DNA from: Candidatus Methylomirabilota bacterium
GTDB taxonomy: Bacteria > Methylomirabilota > Methylomirabilia > Rokubacteriales > CSP1-6
DNA length: 64,000 nucleotides
Reading direction: 5' to 3'
NCBI GenBank assembly: GCA_036506275.1
Contig: DASXSB010000014.1
Span: 2,402 to 66,401 of the forward strand
Shown here: positions 1-9,231 of the stretch, in pieces
Numbering within the stretch: the stretch's first letter is position 1
How the letters are laid out: each line of letters opens with the position of its first letter
The notes under the pieces: model-generated
Database searches by the model: none
What the model saw: only the letters and a program-made list of their open reading frames with translations
Told to the model about the DNA's origin: nothing
Made by a program: the position numbers and the translations under genes

Positions 1-1
1 C

Positions 2-100
2 ATGCGGGACGGCGTCATCGAGTTGGAGGAACCGCGTGGCGTCGTCGGCTACGTGGATGTTCCGTTCCGTGAGTGGCGCAGCAATCTGCCGTTTGCCTGA
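2..100 (+). CDS. 3' end of a gene cut by the window edge. The tail (..VDVPFREWRSNLPFA) resembles the segment just before the catalytic Cys pair of organomercurial lyase (MerB family). It ends at TGA 98-100, which is in frame with the next ORF.
   Basis: Frame 2 is open from nt 2 to 97. The other frames give Arg-rich shadow translations. The MerB similarity is judged by eye against a recalled sequence only. Confidence 0.45.
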   Translation: MRDGVIELEEPRGVVGYVDVPFREWRSNLPFA

Positions 101-137
101 GCGCGGATGAATCTCTTCCGGTCGGAAGAGCACGCGC
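101..137 (+). other. Two-tier stem-loop directly after the in-frame TGA; bacterial SECIS-like geometry
   Basis: Lower stem gcgcg(101-105)/cgcgc(133-137). Upper perfect stem ctcttcc(113-119)/ggaagag(124-130). Apical loop GGUC(120-123) starts 19 nt after the UGA. Confidence 0.35.
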
Positions 138-340
138 GCCGCTGGTCCGGCTTCAACGCGGAGCACGCGGCGGGACTTCTGACGTTGGCGCAGCTCGCCG
201 GCATCATGAGCACGGCGCTCATGCGGGAGCGATTGAACGGCCACTACGTGTCTTCCGCCGCCGGCTATCGCCGCGAGTTCCTCGATCGGGTGCGGGAGGT
301 GACGGGCGCCGATCCATTCTGGAATCCCGCGGCGCGCTGA
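107..340 (+). CDS. 77-aa ORF (MNLFRSEEHARRW...). Either a small independent protein or the C-terminal continuation of the preceding MerB-like frame.
   Basis: ORF track. Same frame as 2-100, separated only by TGA-GCG-CGG. No Shine-Dalgarno sequence upstream of ATG 107 (gcctgagcgcgg). The FRSEEHARRW motif resembles FFAS..A..W of the MerB C-terminus. Confidence 0.6.
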   Translation: MNLFRSEEHARRWSGFNAEHAAGLLTLAQLAGIMSTALMRERLNGHYVSSAAGYRREFLDRVREVTGADPFWNPAAR

Positions 341-466
341 ACGTCCTTCGCGCCGACGCGGCGTGACGCCGGCGCGGCCGCGCGCGTTGCCGCTTCCGAT
401 GTAGGCACTACGTCGTACCTGCTGCCCTCGCAGAGGCGTCCCGCGTTACCATCGTCCCCATTCCCG

Positions 467-3400
467 ATGACGGGAACGTGTCCCGCGTCATCGGGTGCTG
501 GAGGTTTCGCTATGGCCGGATCGCCGCCAGATCCGCCGCGGTCCTGGGCTCGCCGGCTCCGGAGCACCGTCACGAGGGGGCCGTTCCTCCTCGCCGTCGC
601 GGGGGTGGTCGTGCTCGTCGTCGCGTACGCGCTGGTCGGCTTCTTCCTGGTGCCGCGGCTGATCAGGACGCACGGGCCGCGGTTCGCCGAACAGCAGCTC
701 CAGCGGCGGGCGGAGATCGGTGAGGTACGGTGGAATCCGTTCCTGTTCAAGCTCGAGATCAAGCACTTCCGGCTGCAGGAGCGCGACGGGCGGCCGCTCC
801 TCGCCTTCGATCGCCTCTTCGTCGATTTCGAAGTGACGAGCCTCTTCCGCCGCGCGTGGACCTTCGCCGAGATCCAGCTCGACGCGCCCCGCGTCGACGC
901 CGTCCTCGGTGCCGATGGTCGATTGAACGTGGCCGATCTGCTGGAGTCCTTTCCCAAGCGGAAGGGACCGCCGACGTCGGACCCCCCGCGGATGCTCGTG
1001 CAGCACACCGTGGTCCGCGACGGCATCGTGACCTTCACCGATCATTCGCGCCGCGCGTCCCAGACGGTGACGATGGAGCCGATCAACGTCGAGCTGCACG
1101 ACGTCACGACGGTGCGCGAGCGCCGTGGCCCCTACACGATCACGGCCAGGGTGGCGGGCGCCGCCCTGGGCTGGGAGGGCGAGGTGTCGCTCGTCCCCGT
1201 GGCATCGCGCGGGCGCTTCGACGTTCGGGGCTTTCCGCTGGCGACGGCGTGGCGCTTCGTCCAGGAGCAAATCGCGCTGGCGGAGCCGGGCGGCCGGGTC
1301 GACGCGAGCGTGCGGTACCGGTTCGGCTACCAGGATGGCGCGACGTCACTGAACGTGGAGAACCTCGAGGCGTCGATGACCGGAGTCGTCCTCGCGCATC
1401 GGGACGACAAGGCGGCGCTGGCGACCCTGGAACGAATCCGGGTGACGGGGGCATCGGGCGATCTCATCTCGCGCGAGCTGACGGTGCCGGAGATCTCGGT
1501 GAGCGGGGGCCGGGTCGCGGCCACGATGGCGCCGGACGGTACGGTGAACTGGCAAACGATCGTGATCCCACCGCCGCCGTCCACCGCGCCCGCGCCGACT
1601 GCCGCGCCCCCGCCGTTGGTCGGAGCGGCCGCGCCCGGGGCGGGCCCGCCGTCGGCCGTCGTGCCCGCGTCTCGCGAATCACGCCCGTGGCGGGTCGCGG
1701 TGGGAAGCGTGCGCGTCGCGGACGTCGCCCTTTCCGTCGTCGATCGAAGTCGCGTCAAACCGGTCGCCGTCGACGTGGCCGGCCTGAAACTCGGGTTCTC
1801 CGCGCGGCTCGAGGCGGGAGGGCCGGAGCTGGCGGGCATGGTGGAGGGCATCGGTCTCACGCTCGAGCGCGTGGCGATGCGCGAGGCCGCCGCGCCCGCG
1901 CCCGTGGCCACGCTCGATCAGATCGCGGTGAGCGGTGGCCGCGTCGATCTCGGCGCTCGTCACGTCGCGCTGGAGCGACTCGTCGCCACGGGCGGGGCGG
2001 CGACGGTGGTCCGTGATGCGGACGGCTCCGTCCCCCTTGTGACGATGCTGGAACCCGGCGAGAAGCAGAAGCACGCCCGCGACCAGTCGACGCGCCCGCA
2101 AGCGTCGCCGCCGCCGGCGGCCAGGCCGTGGACGGTGGCGCTGGCGCACGGCGAGCTCGCCAATCATCGCGCCGCCTTCAGCGATCGCACCGTCACTCCT
2201 CCCGTCCAGATCGACGTCGGCGAGATGAAGGCGAGCGTGCGCGACCTCCGCCTGGACGGAAAGAAGCCGTGGCCCTTCGAGACCAGCTTTCGCATCGCCC
2301 AGGGAGGGCGCTTCGCGGCGAAGGGGAACGTGGCGCCGGACGGACGTGCGATCGATGCAACCGTGACCCTGACGCAGTTCGCGATCGCGCCTGCGCAGCC
2401 GTATGTCGCCCAGCACGCCGCCGTCGTGCTCCGGTCCGGCGACGTGTCGACGACGGGACGATTCACGTACCGCGCCGGAGGCGACCGCCCCGCGATCACG
2501 TTCACCGGATCCACCGACGTGGATCGCCTGCTCGTGGTGGAGGCAACCAGCGCCGATCCCGTGGTGTCGTGGAAATCGCTGCACGCGGAGACGGTGCGCT
2601 TCGGCCTCACCCCCGACCGGCTGGAGATTGACGAGGTCCGGGTGGCGGAGCTCGACGGCGAGGTCATCATCTATCGAGACAAGACCATCAACGTCGCGCG
2701 GTTGATGAAGCCGCCGGAGGCGCCGTCGGCTTCGCCCGCCCCGAGCGCGCTGCCGCGCGCGGCCCCCGCCGAGCGCGAGACCCGTCCGATCTTTCCCGTG
2801 ACCATCGGTCGTGTGCGGCTCGACGCGGGGTCCATGCACTTCGCCGATCTGAGCCTCGTTCTTCCGTTCGAGACCCGCATGCACTCGCTGAACGGGGTCG
2901 TGGCCGGTCTCGGGTCGGACACCAACAGCCGCGCCACCGTCAAGCTCGACGGCCAGGTGGACGAGTTCGGATCGGTCAAGGTGGAGGGCGCCCTCAGCGC
3001 GTTTCAGCCCAAGGAGTTCGCCGACATCGCGGTGACGTTCCGCAACGTCGCGATGTCCACGCTGTCGCCCTACAGCGCCACCTTCGCGGGGCGGCGCATC
3101 GCAACGGGAACGATGGACATCGATCTCCAGTACAAGCTCGACCACGGCGCGCTCGTGGGCGAGAACAGGGTCGTGCTCCGGGAGCTGCGGCTCGGCGAAC
3201 GCGTGGAGAGCCCGGGCGCCATGCGGCTGCCGCTCGACCTCGCCATCGCGATCCTGAGCGACTCCGACGGACGCATCGACCTCGAGCTTCCGGTGCGTGG
3301 CAGCGTCGATCACCCCGAGTTCAGCTACGGTCACCTGATCTGGCAGGCGCTGACCACCGTGATCACCAAGGTGGTGACGTCGCCGTTCAAAGCGCTCGGC

Positions 3401-4051
3401 GCGCTCTTCGGCGGCGACTCTCAGACCGTGGAGGCGATCACGTTCGAGGCCGGGAGCGCCGTCGTGCCGCCGCCCGAGCGACAGAAGCTCAAGCGCGTCG
3501 CCGACGTGCTCGCCAAGCGCCCGCGGCTCACGCTCACGGTCCATGGGACGTATGAAGCGAAGATGGACAGCGAGGCTCTGCGGTCGTTCCAGGTCCGCCA
3601 GGATCTCGCCGAGCGGCTGGGCGTGAAGGTGAAGCCAGGCGAGGATCCCGGTCCGGTGGCGTTCGACGACGCCAAGACCCAGCGCGCGCTGGAGGCATTG
3701 CTGACCGAGCGCGCGGGTGACAAAGCGGTCGCCGAGATGTTGCAGGAGCACGAGAAGAGCACGGGAAAGAAACCTGAACGCGCCAACCGGTTGCGGGGGG
3801 TGGTGGGCCGCGCCAGCGGGGATCGCGCGCTCTACGAGGCGATGTTCAAGCGTCTGGTGGAGACGGCGCCGCTCGCGGAAGCGGAGCTGACGGACCTCGC
3901 CAAGCGCCGCGGTGAAGCGGCCGTGCGCGCGCTCCAGGACGGCGCCGCCGCGGCCGGGGAGCGCGCGCACGTGGGTGAGACCGAGATCGCGAAGAGCGCC
4001 GAGCGGAGCGGGGTTCCCACCCGTCTGGAGCTCGGCGCCGCTGGCTCCTGA
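467..4051 (+). CDS. DUF748 domain protein (AsmA-like superfamily), N-terminal membrane anchor, 1194 aa
   Basis: N-terminal TM segment (FLLAVAGVVVLVVAYALVGFFLV) followed by repeated beta-rich modules typical of DUF748/AsmA-like proteins. An alternative start at ATG 512 is possible. Confidence 0.8.
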   Translation: MTGTCPASSGAGGFAMAGSPPDPPRSWARRLRSTVTRGPFLLAVAGVVVLVVAYALVGFFLVPRLIRTHGPRFAEQQLQRRAEIGEVRWNPFLFKLEIKHFRLQERDGRPLLAFDRLFVDFEVTSLFRRAWTFAEIQLDAPRVDAVLGADGRLNVADLLESFPKRKGPPTSDPPRMLVQHTVVRDGIVTFTDHSRRASQTVTMEPINVELHDVTTVRERRGPYTITARVAGAALGWEGEVSLVPVASRGRFDVRGFPLATAWRFVQEQIALAEPGGRVDASVRYRFGYQDGATSLNVENLEASMTGVVLAHRDDKAALATLERIRVTGASGDLISRELTVPEISVSGGRVAATMAPDGTVNWQTIVIPPPPSTAPAPTAAPPPLVGAAAPGAGPPSAVVPASRESRPWRVAVGSVRVADVALSVVDRSRVKPVAVDVAGLKLGFSARLEAGGPELAGMVEGIGLTLERVAMREAAAPAPVATLDQIAVSGGRVDLGARHVALERLVATGGAATVVRDADGSVPLVTMLEPGEKQKHARDQSTRPQASPPPAARPWTVALAHGELANHRAAFSDRTVTPPVQIDVGEMKASVRDLRLDGKKPWPFETSFRIAQGGRFAAKGNVAPDGRAIDATVTLTQFAIAPAQPYVAQHAAVVLRSGDVSTTGRFTYRAGGDRPAITFTGSTDVDRLLVVEATSADPVVSWKSLHAETVRFGLTPDRLEIDEVRVAELDGEVIIYRDKTINVARLMKPPEAPSASPAPSALPRAAPAERETRPIFPVTIGRVRLDAGSMHFADLSLVLPFETRMHSLNGVVAGLGSDTNSRATVKLDGQVDEFGSVKVEGALSAFQPKEFADIAVTFRNVAMSTLSPYSATFAGRRIATGTMDIDLQYKLDHGALVGENRVVLRELRLGERVESPGAMRLPLDLAIAILSDSDGRIDLELPVRGSVDHPEFSYGHLIWQALTTVITKVVTSPFKALGALFGGDSQTVEAITFEAGSAVVPPPERQKLKRVADVLAKRPRLTLTVHGTYEAKMDSEALRSFQVRQDLAERLGVKVKPGEDPGPVAFDDAKTQRALEALLTERAGDKAVAEMLQEHEKSTGKKPERANRLRGVVGRASGDRALYEAMFKRLVETAPLAEAELTDLAKRRGEAAVRALQDGAAAAGERAHVGETEIAKSAERSGVPTRLELGAAGS

Positions 4052-4059
4052 GGTTCAGC

Positions 4060-7000
4060 TCAGCCGTCGAGCTCCGCGAGCAGCCGGCGCGCCGTCTGCA
4101 AGTCGGGCGTCTCCAATCCCTCCGTGAACCACTCGTACACGGGCGCCAGCGTCCGGCGGGCGGCCTCACGCTTGTTCTCTCGCTGCCACAGTCGCGCCAG
4201 GCTCGTGGCGGCGCGCAGCTCCAGCGACTTTTGGCTCCGGCCACGTGCGAGATCGACGGCAGTGATGAGGAGACGCTCGGCCTCCGCGGTGGTGTTATCG
4301 GCGCTCCGGAGCAGCAGCTCCGCCTCCAGTCGATAGACCTCGGGTCCGAACGATGCCTGTCGCGTCGTCTCGTCGATTTCGGCGAGCAAGCGTCGTCCCT
4401 CATCCGGATCACCCGCTTCCACGTAGAGCTCGGCGAGGACGCAAAGGACGAATACCCGACGCCACGACGCCGCCTCCACCTGCACATATCGGTGGAGACC
4501 GGCGAGCGCCTCGCGCCCCGGCCGCTCACCGCGGACGACGGGAAGCAGCACGCGCGCCGAATCCATCCAGGTTCCGAAGCCATGCTCGTGCCCGAGAGCG
4601 AACTGCCGCTCGATCGTGGGCCCGAGCGCGGTCCGGTCACCGCGCAGGTACTGCACGCAGCCGATGATCCAGAGCGCGATCATCGTCGTGAGCGGATGCT
4701 TCAGGTCGTCGACGAAGCGCAAGGCATCACGCGCCGTCGCGGACGCGCGATCGGGGTATCCGAGAAGCCACTGCGCGAGCGAGAGCTGGTAGCGGCAGCA
4801 GGCGCCGGCGTTGTGGTTGCCGTAGAGGAATGTCTGCGCGGCGTGACGCGCCGGATCGTAGAGCGCCATGCCGCGCTCCATGTGGGGCACCGCGACGAGC
4901 GGATTCCCACTCCCGAGCAGCGTCGCCCACACCGCGTGATGCGCCTCCAGGATACGTCCGGAGTCGCCGCCCGCCTCCGCGTCCTCCAGCAAGCGGGTCC
5001 CCGCCTCGAGGGCAGTCGCATACTCCCCGCGCGTGTACCTCACGTACCACGCGCCCCACAGCGCGGGGAATCGACGTGAGGTGTCCTCGAGGACGACGAC
5101 GGTATCGAGAGCGGTCTGGTAGAGGGCATCGACCTCCGGCGACGAGGCGCCCTTGAGGGCGATGAGCGCCGGGCCCATCGCGATCCGGATATCGAGGCCC
5201 TGGGACACGGCGGCGGGTGACGGCGGCAACGTGGACAGCGCGCCGAGGGCAGACTCGAAGTGCTCCAGGGCTTCCCGGTTCGCGGAGCGGGCGAGCGCCT
5301 TCTTTCCCGCCTCGAAGAGGTAATGAACCGCCTTCGCCGTCACCCCGCCCCGCACGGCGTGGTGAGCGAGCAGCTCCACGCGCTCGGATACACGACCGTC
5401 GTCCAGCCGCTCGATGGCCTCGACGATGGCGGCGTGCAGCGCGCGCCGGCGGTCGTGGAGCACGCTGCCGTAGGCGACCTCGTGCGTGAGCGCGTGCTTG
5501 AACGTGTACTCGAGATCCGGAAAGAGACGCATCTCGTAGAGGAACTCGGCCGTCTGTAGCTCGGTGAGCGCTTCCCGCACGTCGCTCCCGCTCATGTCCA
5601 CGATGGCCTCCAGCACCGCCACCGGGACGTCCTTGCCGATCACAGCCGCCGCCTGCAGCAGTCGCTTGCGCTCCGACGGCAGGCGGTCGATGCGGGCGGC
5701 TAGAATGGCCTGGACGGTGCCCGGGATCTCGATGGCCGTGACCGGATTCAGGAGGCGATAGGCGCCGGGGTCGCCCACGAGCGCGCGCGTCTCCACGAGC
5801 GCGCGCACGCTCTCTTCGAGGAAGAGCGGATTGCCCTCGGTGCGCTCGATGAGAAGCCGCGCGAGTGGGCGCACGCTGGCGTCGGTGCCGAGCAGCGTGG
5901 CGAGCAGCTCGTCGGCGCTCGTGGGGGGCAGGGGATCGATGCGAAGCTGCTGGTAGTACGTCTTGCCGCCCCAGCCGTGACGGTACTCCGGGCGATAGTT
6001 CACGGCGAGGAGCACGGCGGTGGTCGGCAATCCGTCCACGAGGCGATCCAGGACTTCTTGGGTCTCCGCATCGATCCAGTGCAGGTCCTCGAAGACGAGC
6101 AGCACCGGTTGCACCTGGCTCTCGCGCAATAGCACGCGCTTCACGCTCTCGATGGCGCGGCGCCGTCGCTGGGCCGCGTCGAGGTGCAGATAGGCGTCGT
6201 TCGGCTCGAGGGCGTCGAACAGCCACGTGAGGGCGGGCACGGCATCCTCGAGGGCGCGGTCGAGCGTCAAGAGGCCGCCCGTGATCTTCGCGCGCACGGT
6301 GCGGGCGTCGTCGCGCTCGTCGATGCGCAGATAGCGGCGCAGCAGATCGACGACGGGCAGGAATGGCGTCGCCTTGCCGTACGAAACCGAGCTCGCCTCG
6401 AGGACGAGCCAGCCGCTCGTCCGGTGCGAGTGGATGAACTCGTAGAACAAACGCGATTTCCCCACCCCGGGCTCGCCGACCACGGCCACGATCTGCCCGC
6501 GTCCGCGCGCGGCGTGCTCGGCCGCCTGTCGGATGCGGTCGATCTCCGCGTCGCGACCGACGAAGGGCGAGAACCCCCGCGCGCGCGCCGCCTCCAGCCG
6601 CGTGCGCGCGGCCGCCGTCCCCGTCAGCTCGAAGACGGGCACCGGTTCCGGAAGGCCCTTGACCGCGATCGGGCCGAGCGGCTTCACGCGGACGAAACCT
6701 TCCGCGAGGGCCAGCGTGTCCGGCGTGATGAGAACCGTGCCGGGGTCCGCGAGCTGCTCCATGCGCGCCGCCAGGTGCGTCGTCTGACCGACGGCGGTGT
6801 AGTCCATGTGGAGGTCGTTGCCGATGGCGCGCACGACGACCTCGCCGGAATTGAGACCGACCCGGATGCGTAACGTGACGCCGTGGTCGCGACGGACTCC
6901 TTCCGCGTACCGCTTCACCGATTCCTGCATCCGCAACGCCGCATAGCACGCGCGCACGGCGTGGTCTTCGTGAGCGAGCGGAGCTCCGAACAGGGCCATG

Positions 7001-7425
7001 ATGCCGTCGCCCATGACCTGGTTCACGGTGCCGTCGAAGCGATGGACGGCCTCCATCATCTGCTCGAGCACGGGATCGAGGAGCTTCCGCGCGGTTTCGG
7101 GGTCGCGGTCGGCGACGACCTCCATCGAGCCTCTGAGGTCCGCGAAGAGAACGGTGACCTGCTTGCGCTCACCCTCGATGGCGGCCTTCGACGTGAGGAT
7201 GCGCTCGGCCAGGTACTTGGGCGTGTAGGAGTCGGGGGCCCCGAAGCGCGATACCGCGGGCGGCGTCTCGGGCCGGCCGGCGGGATGCGCACACTCGGGG
7301 CAGAACTTCGCGGTGGCCGACAGCGGATGGCCGCAGTGCGCGCACACGCGCGCGAGGGGGGCCGCGCATTCCTCGCAGAACTTCGCGCCGGCCTCGTTCG
7401 CGTGCTGGCAGCGGGCACACTTCAT
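4060..7425 (-). CDS. Multidomain signalling protein: double zinc ribbon + class III adenylate/guanylate cyclase + AAA/STAND ATPase + TPR
   Basis: MKCARCQHAN..FCEECAA..CAHCGHP..FCPEC (zinc ribbons); VTVLFADLRGS (cyclase); VVGEPGVGKSRL (P-loop); TPR-like helical C-terminus. Confidence 0.9.
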   Translation of the reverse strand: MKCARCQHANEAGAKFCEECAAPLARVCAHCGHPLSATAKFCPECAHPAGRPETPPAVSRFGAPDSYTPKYLAERILTSKAAIEGERKQVTVLFADLRGSMEVVADRDPETARKLLDPVLEQMMEAVHRFDGTVNQVMGDGIMALFGAPLAHEDHAVRACYAALRMQESVKRYAEGVRRDHGVTLRIRVGLNSGEVVVRAIGNDLHMDYTAVGQTTHLAARMEQLADPGTVLITPDTLALAEGFVRVKPLGPIAVKGLPEPVPVFELTGTAAARTRLEAARARGFSPFVGRDAEIDRIRQAAEHAARGRGQIVAVVGEPGVGKSRLFYEFIHSHRTSGWLVLEASSVSYGKATPFLPVVDLLRRYLRIDERDDARTVRAKITGGLLTLDRALEDAVPALTWLFDALEPNDAYLHLDAAQRRRRAIESVKRVLLRESQVQPVLLVFEDLHWIDAETQEVLDRLVDGLPTTAVLLAVNYRPEYRHGWGGKTYYQQLRIDPLPPTSADELLATLLGTDASVRPLARLLIERTEGNPLFLEESVRALVETRALVGDPGAYRLLNPVTAIEIPGTVQAILAARIDRLPSERKRLLQAAAVIGKDVPVAVLEAIVDMSGSDVREALTELQTAEFLYEMRLFPDLEYTFKHALTHEVAYGSVLHDRRRALHAAIVEAIERLDDGRVSERVELLAHHAVRGGVTAKAVHYLFEAGKKALARSANREALEHFESALGALSTLPPSPAAVSQGLDIRIAMGPALIALKGASSPEVDALYQTALDTVVVLEDTSRRFPALWGAWYVRYTRGEYATALEAGTRLLEDAEAGGDSGRILEAHHAVWATLLGSGNPLVAVPHMERGMALYDPARHAAQTFLYGNHNAGACCRYQLSLAQWLLGYPDRASATARDALRFVDDLKHPLTTMIALWIIGCVQYLRGDRTALGPTIERQFALGHEHGFGTWMDSARVLLPVVRGERPGREALAGLHRYVQVEAASWRRVFVLCVLAELYVEAGDPDEGRRLLAEIDETTRQASFGPEVYRLEAELLLRSADNTTAEAERLLITAVDLARGRSQKSLELRAATSLARLWQRENKREAARRTLAPVYEWFTEGLETPDLQTARRLLAELDG

Positions 7426-7486
7426 GGCGACGCGTCGGAAGTTAGCCGGAGAGGACGGAGCGGGTCAAGCGCCGGCGAGCGCCGGG

Positions 7487-7828
7487 TCAGGCGCGCGCGT
7501 TGACCACGCCCTCGATCACGGCCCGTGGTGCGGCACCGATGACGCGGTCCACGGTCGTCCCGTCCTTCAGGAAGAGAATCGTCGGAATGGAGCGGATCTC
7601 GTACCGGCTCGCGAGGCCCGGGTTCTCGTCGATGTTGACCTTCATCAGCGTCACCCGACCTTCCGAGGCCTCGGCCACGGCGTCGAGGACGGGGGCAATG
7701 GCCTGGCACGGGCCACACCACGCCGCCCAGAAGTCCACCATCACGAGCCCTTCGGCCGCGACCAGTGCCTCGTCGAAGTTCTGCTCGGTCAGATGGATCG
7801 CCTCCGCCACCTTCTGCTCTCGCGTCAT
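7487..7828 (-). CDS. trxA: Thioredoxin
   Basis: 113 aa with the WAAWCGPCQ active site and a typical thioredoxin length. Confidence 0.95.
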   Translation of the reverse strand: MTREQKVAEAIHLTEQNFDEALVAAEGLVMVDFWAAWCGPCQAIAPVLDAVAEASEGRVTLMKVNIDENPGLASRYEIRSIPTILFLKDGTTVDRVIGAAPRAVIEGVVNARA

Positions 7829-7950
7829 CGCTCAGATCCTCCCGTAATCTAGGATGTCGGTCGGAGTGGGCGGGATTCCGTGCGTCCGGCTGTCGATTTC
7901 GGGGCTCGCCGTTCGACTTAGTGCTGGACACGAACGAAGGGGAGAGAGCA

Positions 7951-8451
7951 ATGCCAAAAGCGATGCAGAAGATCACGCCGTTCCTGTGGTTCGACGACAA
8001 CGCCGAGGAGGCCGCCCGGTACTACGTCTCCGTGTTCGAGAATTCGAAGGTCGGCAACGTCGCCCGCTACGACGAAGAGGGCGCGAAGGCGGCGGGGCGG
8101 CCGAAGGGCTCGGTCATGATCGTCGAGTTCGAGCTCGACGGGCAAAAGTTCACGGCGCTGAACGGGGGACCGCTCTTCAAGTTCACGGAGGCGATCTCGT
8201 TCGTCGTGCACTGCGAGACGCAGCAGGAAGTCGACCGCTTCTGGGAGAAGCTCGCCGCGGGGGGCCAGGAAGTCCAGTGCGGTTGGCTCAAGGACCGGTT
8301 CGGCGTGTCGTGGCAGATCGTGCCCACGGTCCTGCTCGAGATGCTGCACGACAAGGATCGCGACAAGTCACGGCGGGTCATGGCCGCCATGCTCAAGATG
8401 GTCAAGATCGATATCGAACCCCTGAAGAAGGCCTACGACGGACGCGGGTAA
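7951..8451 (+). CDS. VOC-superfamily protein of the PhnB / 3-demethylubiquinone-9 3-methyltransferase-domain family
   Basis: Start moved to ATG 7951 (RBS gaagggga). N-terminus MPKAMQKITPFLWFDDNAEEAARYYVSVF is typical of this family. Confidence 0.8.
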   Translation: MPKAMQKITPFLWFDDNAEEAARYYVSVFENSKVGNVARYDEEGAKAAGRPKGSVMIVEFELDGQKFTALNGGPLFKFTEAISFVVHCETQQEVDRFWEKLAAGGQEVQCGWLKDRFGVSWQIVPTVLLEMLHDKDRDKSRRVMAAMLKMVKIDIEPLKKAYDGRG

Positions 8452-8483
8452 CGCCCGCCCCGTCACGGAGGAGTGAAGAGACG

Positions 8484-8897
8484 ATGGCCGACAAGCAATC
8501 GCGACAGATCTTCGTCAACATGGCCGTGCGCGACTTGAAGAAGTCGATGCAGTTCTTCTCGACGCTCGGCTTCCAGTTCAACCCGAAGTTCACGGACGAC
8601 AACGCCGCCTGCATGATCGTCAACGACGGGGCGTACGTCATGCTGCTCACGGAGCCGTTCTTCAAGGGGTTCACCAAGCGCGAGATCTGCGATACGACGC
8701 GGCAGACGGAGGGGCTCTTCGCGCTCTCCTGCGGCAGCCGCGAAGAGGTGGACCATCTCGTGAAGAAGGCGGTGTCCGCGGGCGGCACCCACGCCATGGA
8801 GCCGCAGGACCATGGCTTCATGTACGGCTGGAGCTTCTACGATCCGGACGGACATCACTGGGAAGTGTTCTGGATGGATCCCAAACACGCGCAGTAG
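8484..8897 (+). CDS. VOC family (glyoxalase/bleomycin-resistance-like) protein
   Basis: Start at ATG 8484 (RBS ggaggag). 137 aa; FVNMAVRDLKKSMQFFSTLGF ... FYDPDGHHWEVFW. Confidence 0.8.
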   Translation: MADKQSRQIFVNMAVRDLKKSMQFFSTLGFQFNPKFTDDNAACMIVNDGAYVMLLTEPFFKGFTKREICDTTRQTEGLFALSCGSREEVDHLVKKAVSAGGTHAMEPQDHGFMYGWSFYDPDGHHWEVFWMDPKHAQ

Positions 8898-9146
8898 TCA
8901 CCGGCCGCCGGCGATCTGGGGGAGGAGGAACACCTCGCTGTCGGGAGCAATGGGTTCCAGGAGGGCGTCCTGGTAGATCTGACCGTCGATGGCAACGGCG
9001 ACGCCTTCCTCGAGATGGCGCGCGATACCCGGATGCAGCGCGGCGAGCTGCTGGAATAGCTGCTTCACGGACGTCGCCGAGAGCTCGAACTCGGCGACGC
9101 CCCCCGTGAGCTGCGCGAGGTTCCCGACCAGAACGACTCGGATCAT
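8898..9146 (-). CDS. MoaD/ThiS-family ubiquitin-like (beta-grasp) protein; C-terminus ..IAGGR
   Basis: 82 aa with a MoaD-like pattern, and Gly-Gly followed by one extra Arg. It lies 85 nt downstream of the Mo-hydroxylase large subunit on the same strand. Confidence 0.7.
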   Translation of the reverse strand: MIRVVLVGNLAQLTGGVAEFELSATSVKQLFQQLAALHPGIARHLEEGVAVAIDGQIYQDALLEPIAPDSEVFLLPQIAGGR

Positions 9147-9231
9147 CGCTAACGTGAGGGCCCCGATATGGCCCCCACACCCCCAACGTTCGTCGGGCCC
9201 CGGGGAACCCGGGGCCCTCCTCTATATCTGA

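Noticed and set aside
1679-3970. Long antisense or out-of-frame ORFs throughout the window, for example 1679-3970(-), 4727-6949(-), 9403-11589(+), 11267-13393(+), 12939-15602(-), 15732-17426(-), 31486-33819(+), 34333-36132(+), 43112-45121(+), 43371-45383(-), 52984-54750(-), 57358-58752(-)
   Set aside because: Their translations are Arg/Pro/Gly/Ala-rich with no recognisable motifs. Each fully overlaps an ORF in another frame or strand that carries clear family signatures. Such shadow ORFs are expected in very GC-rich DNA.
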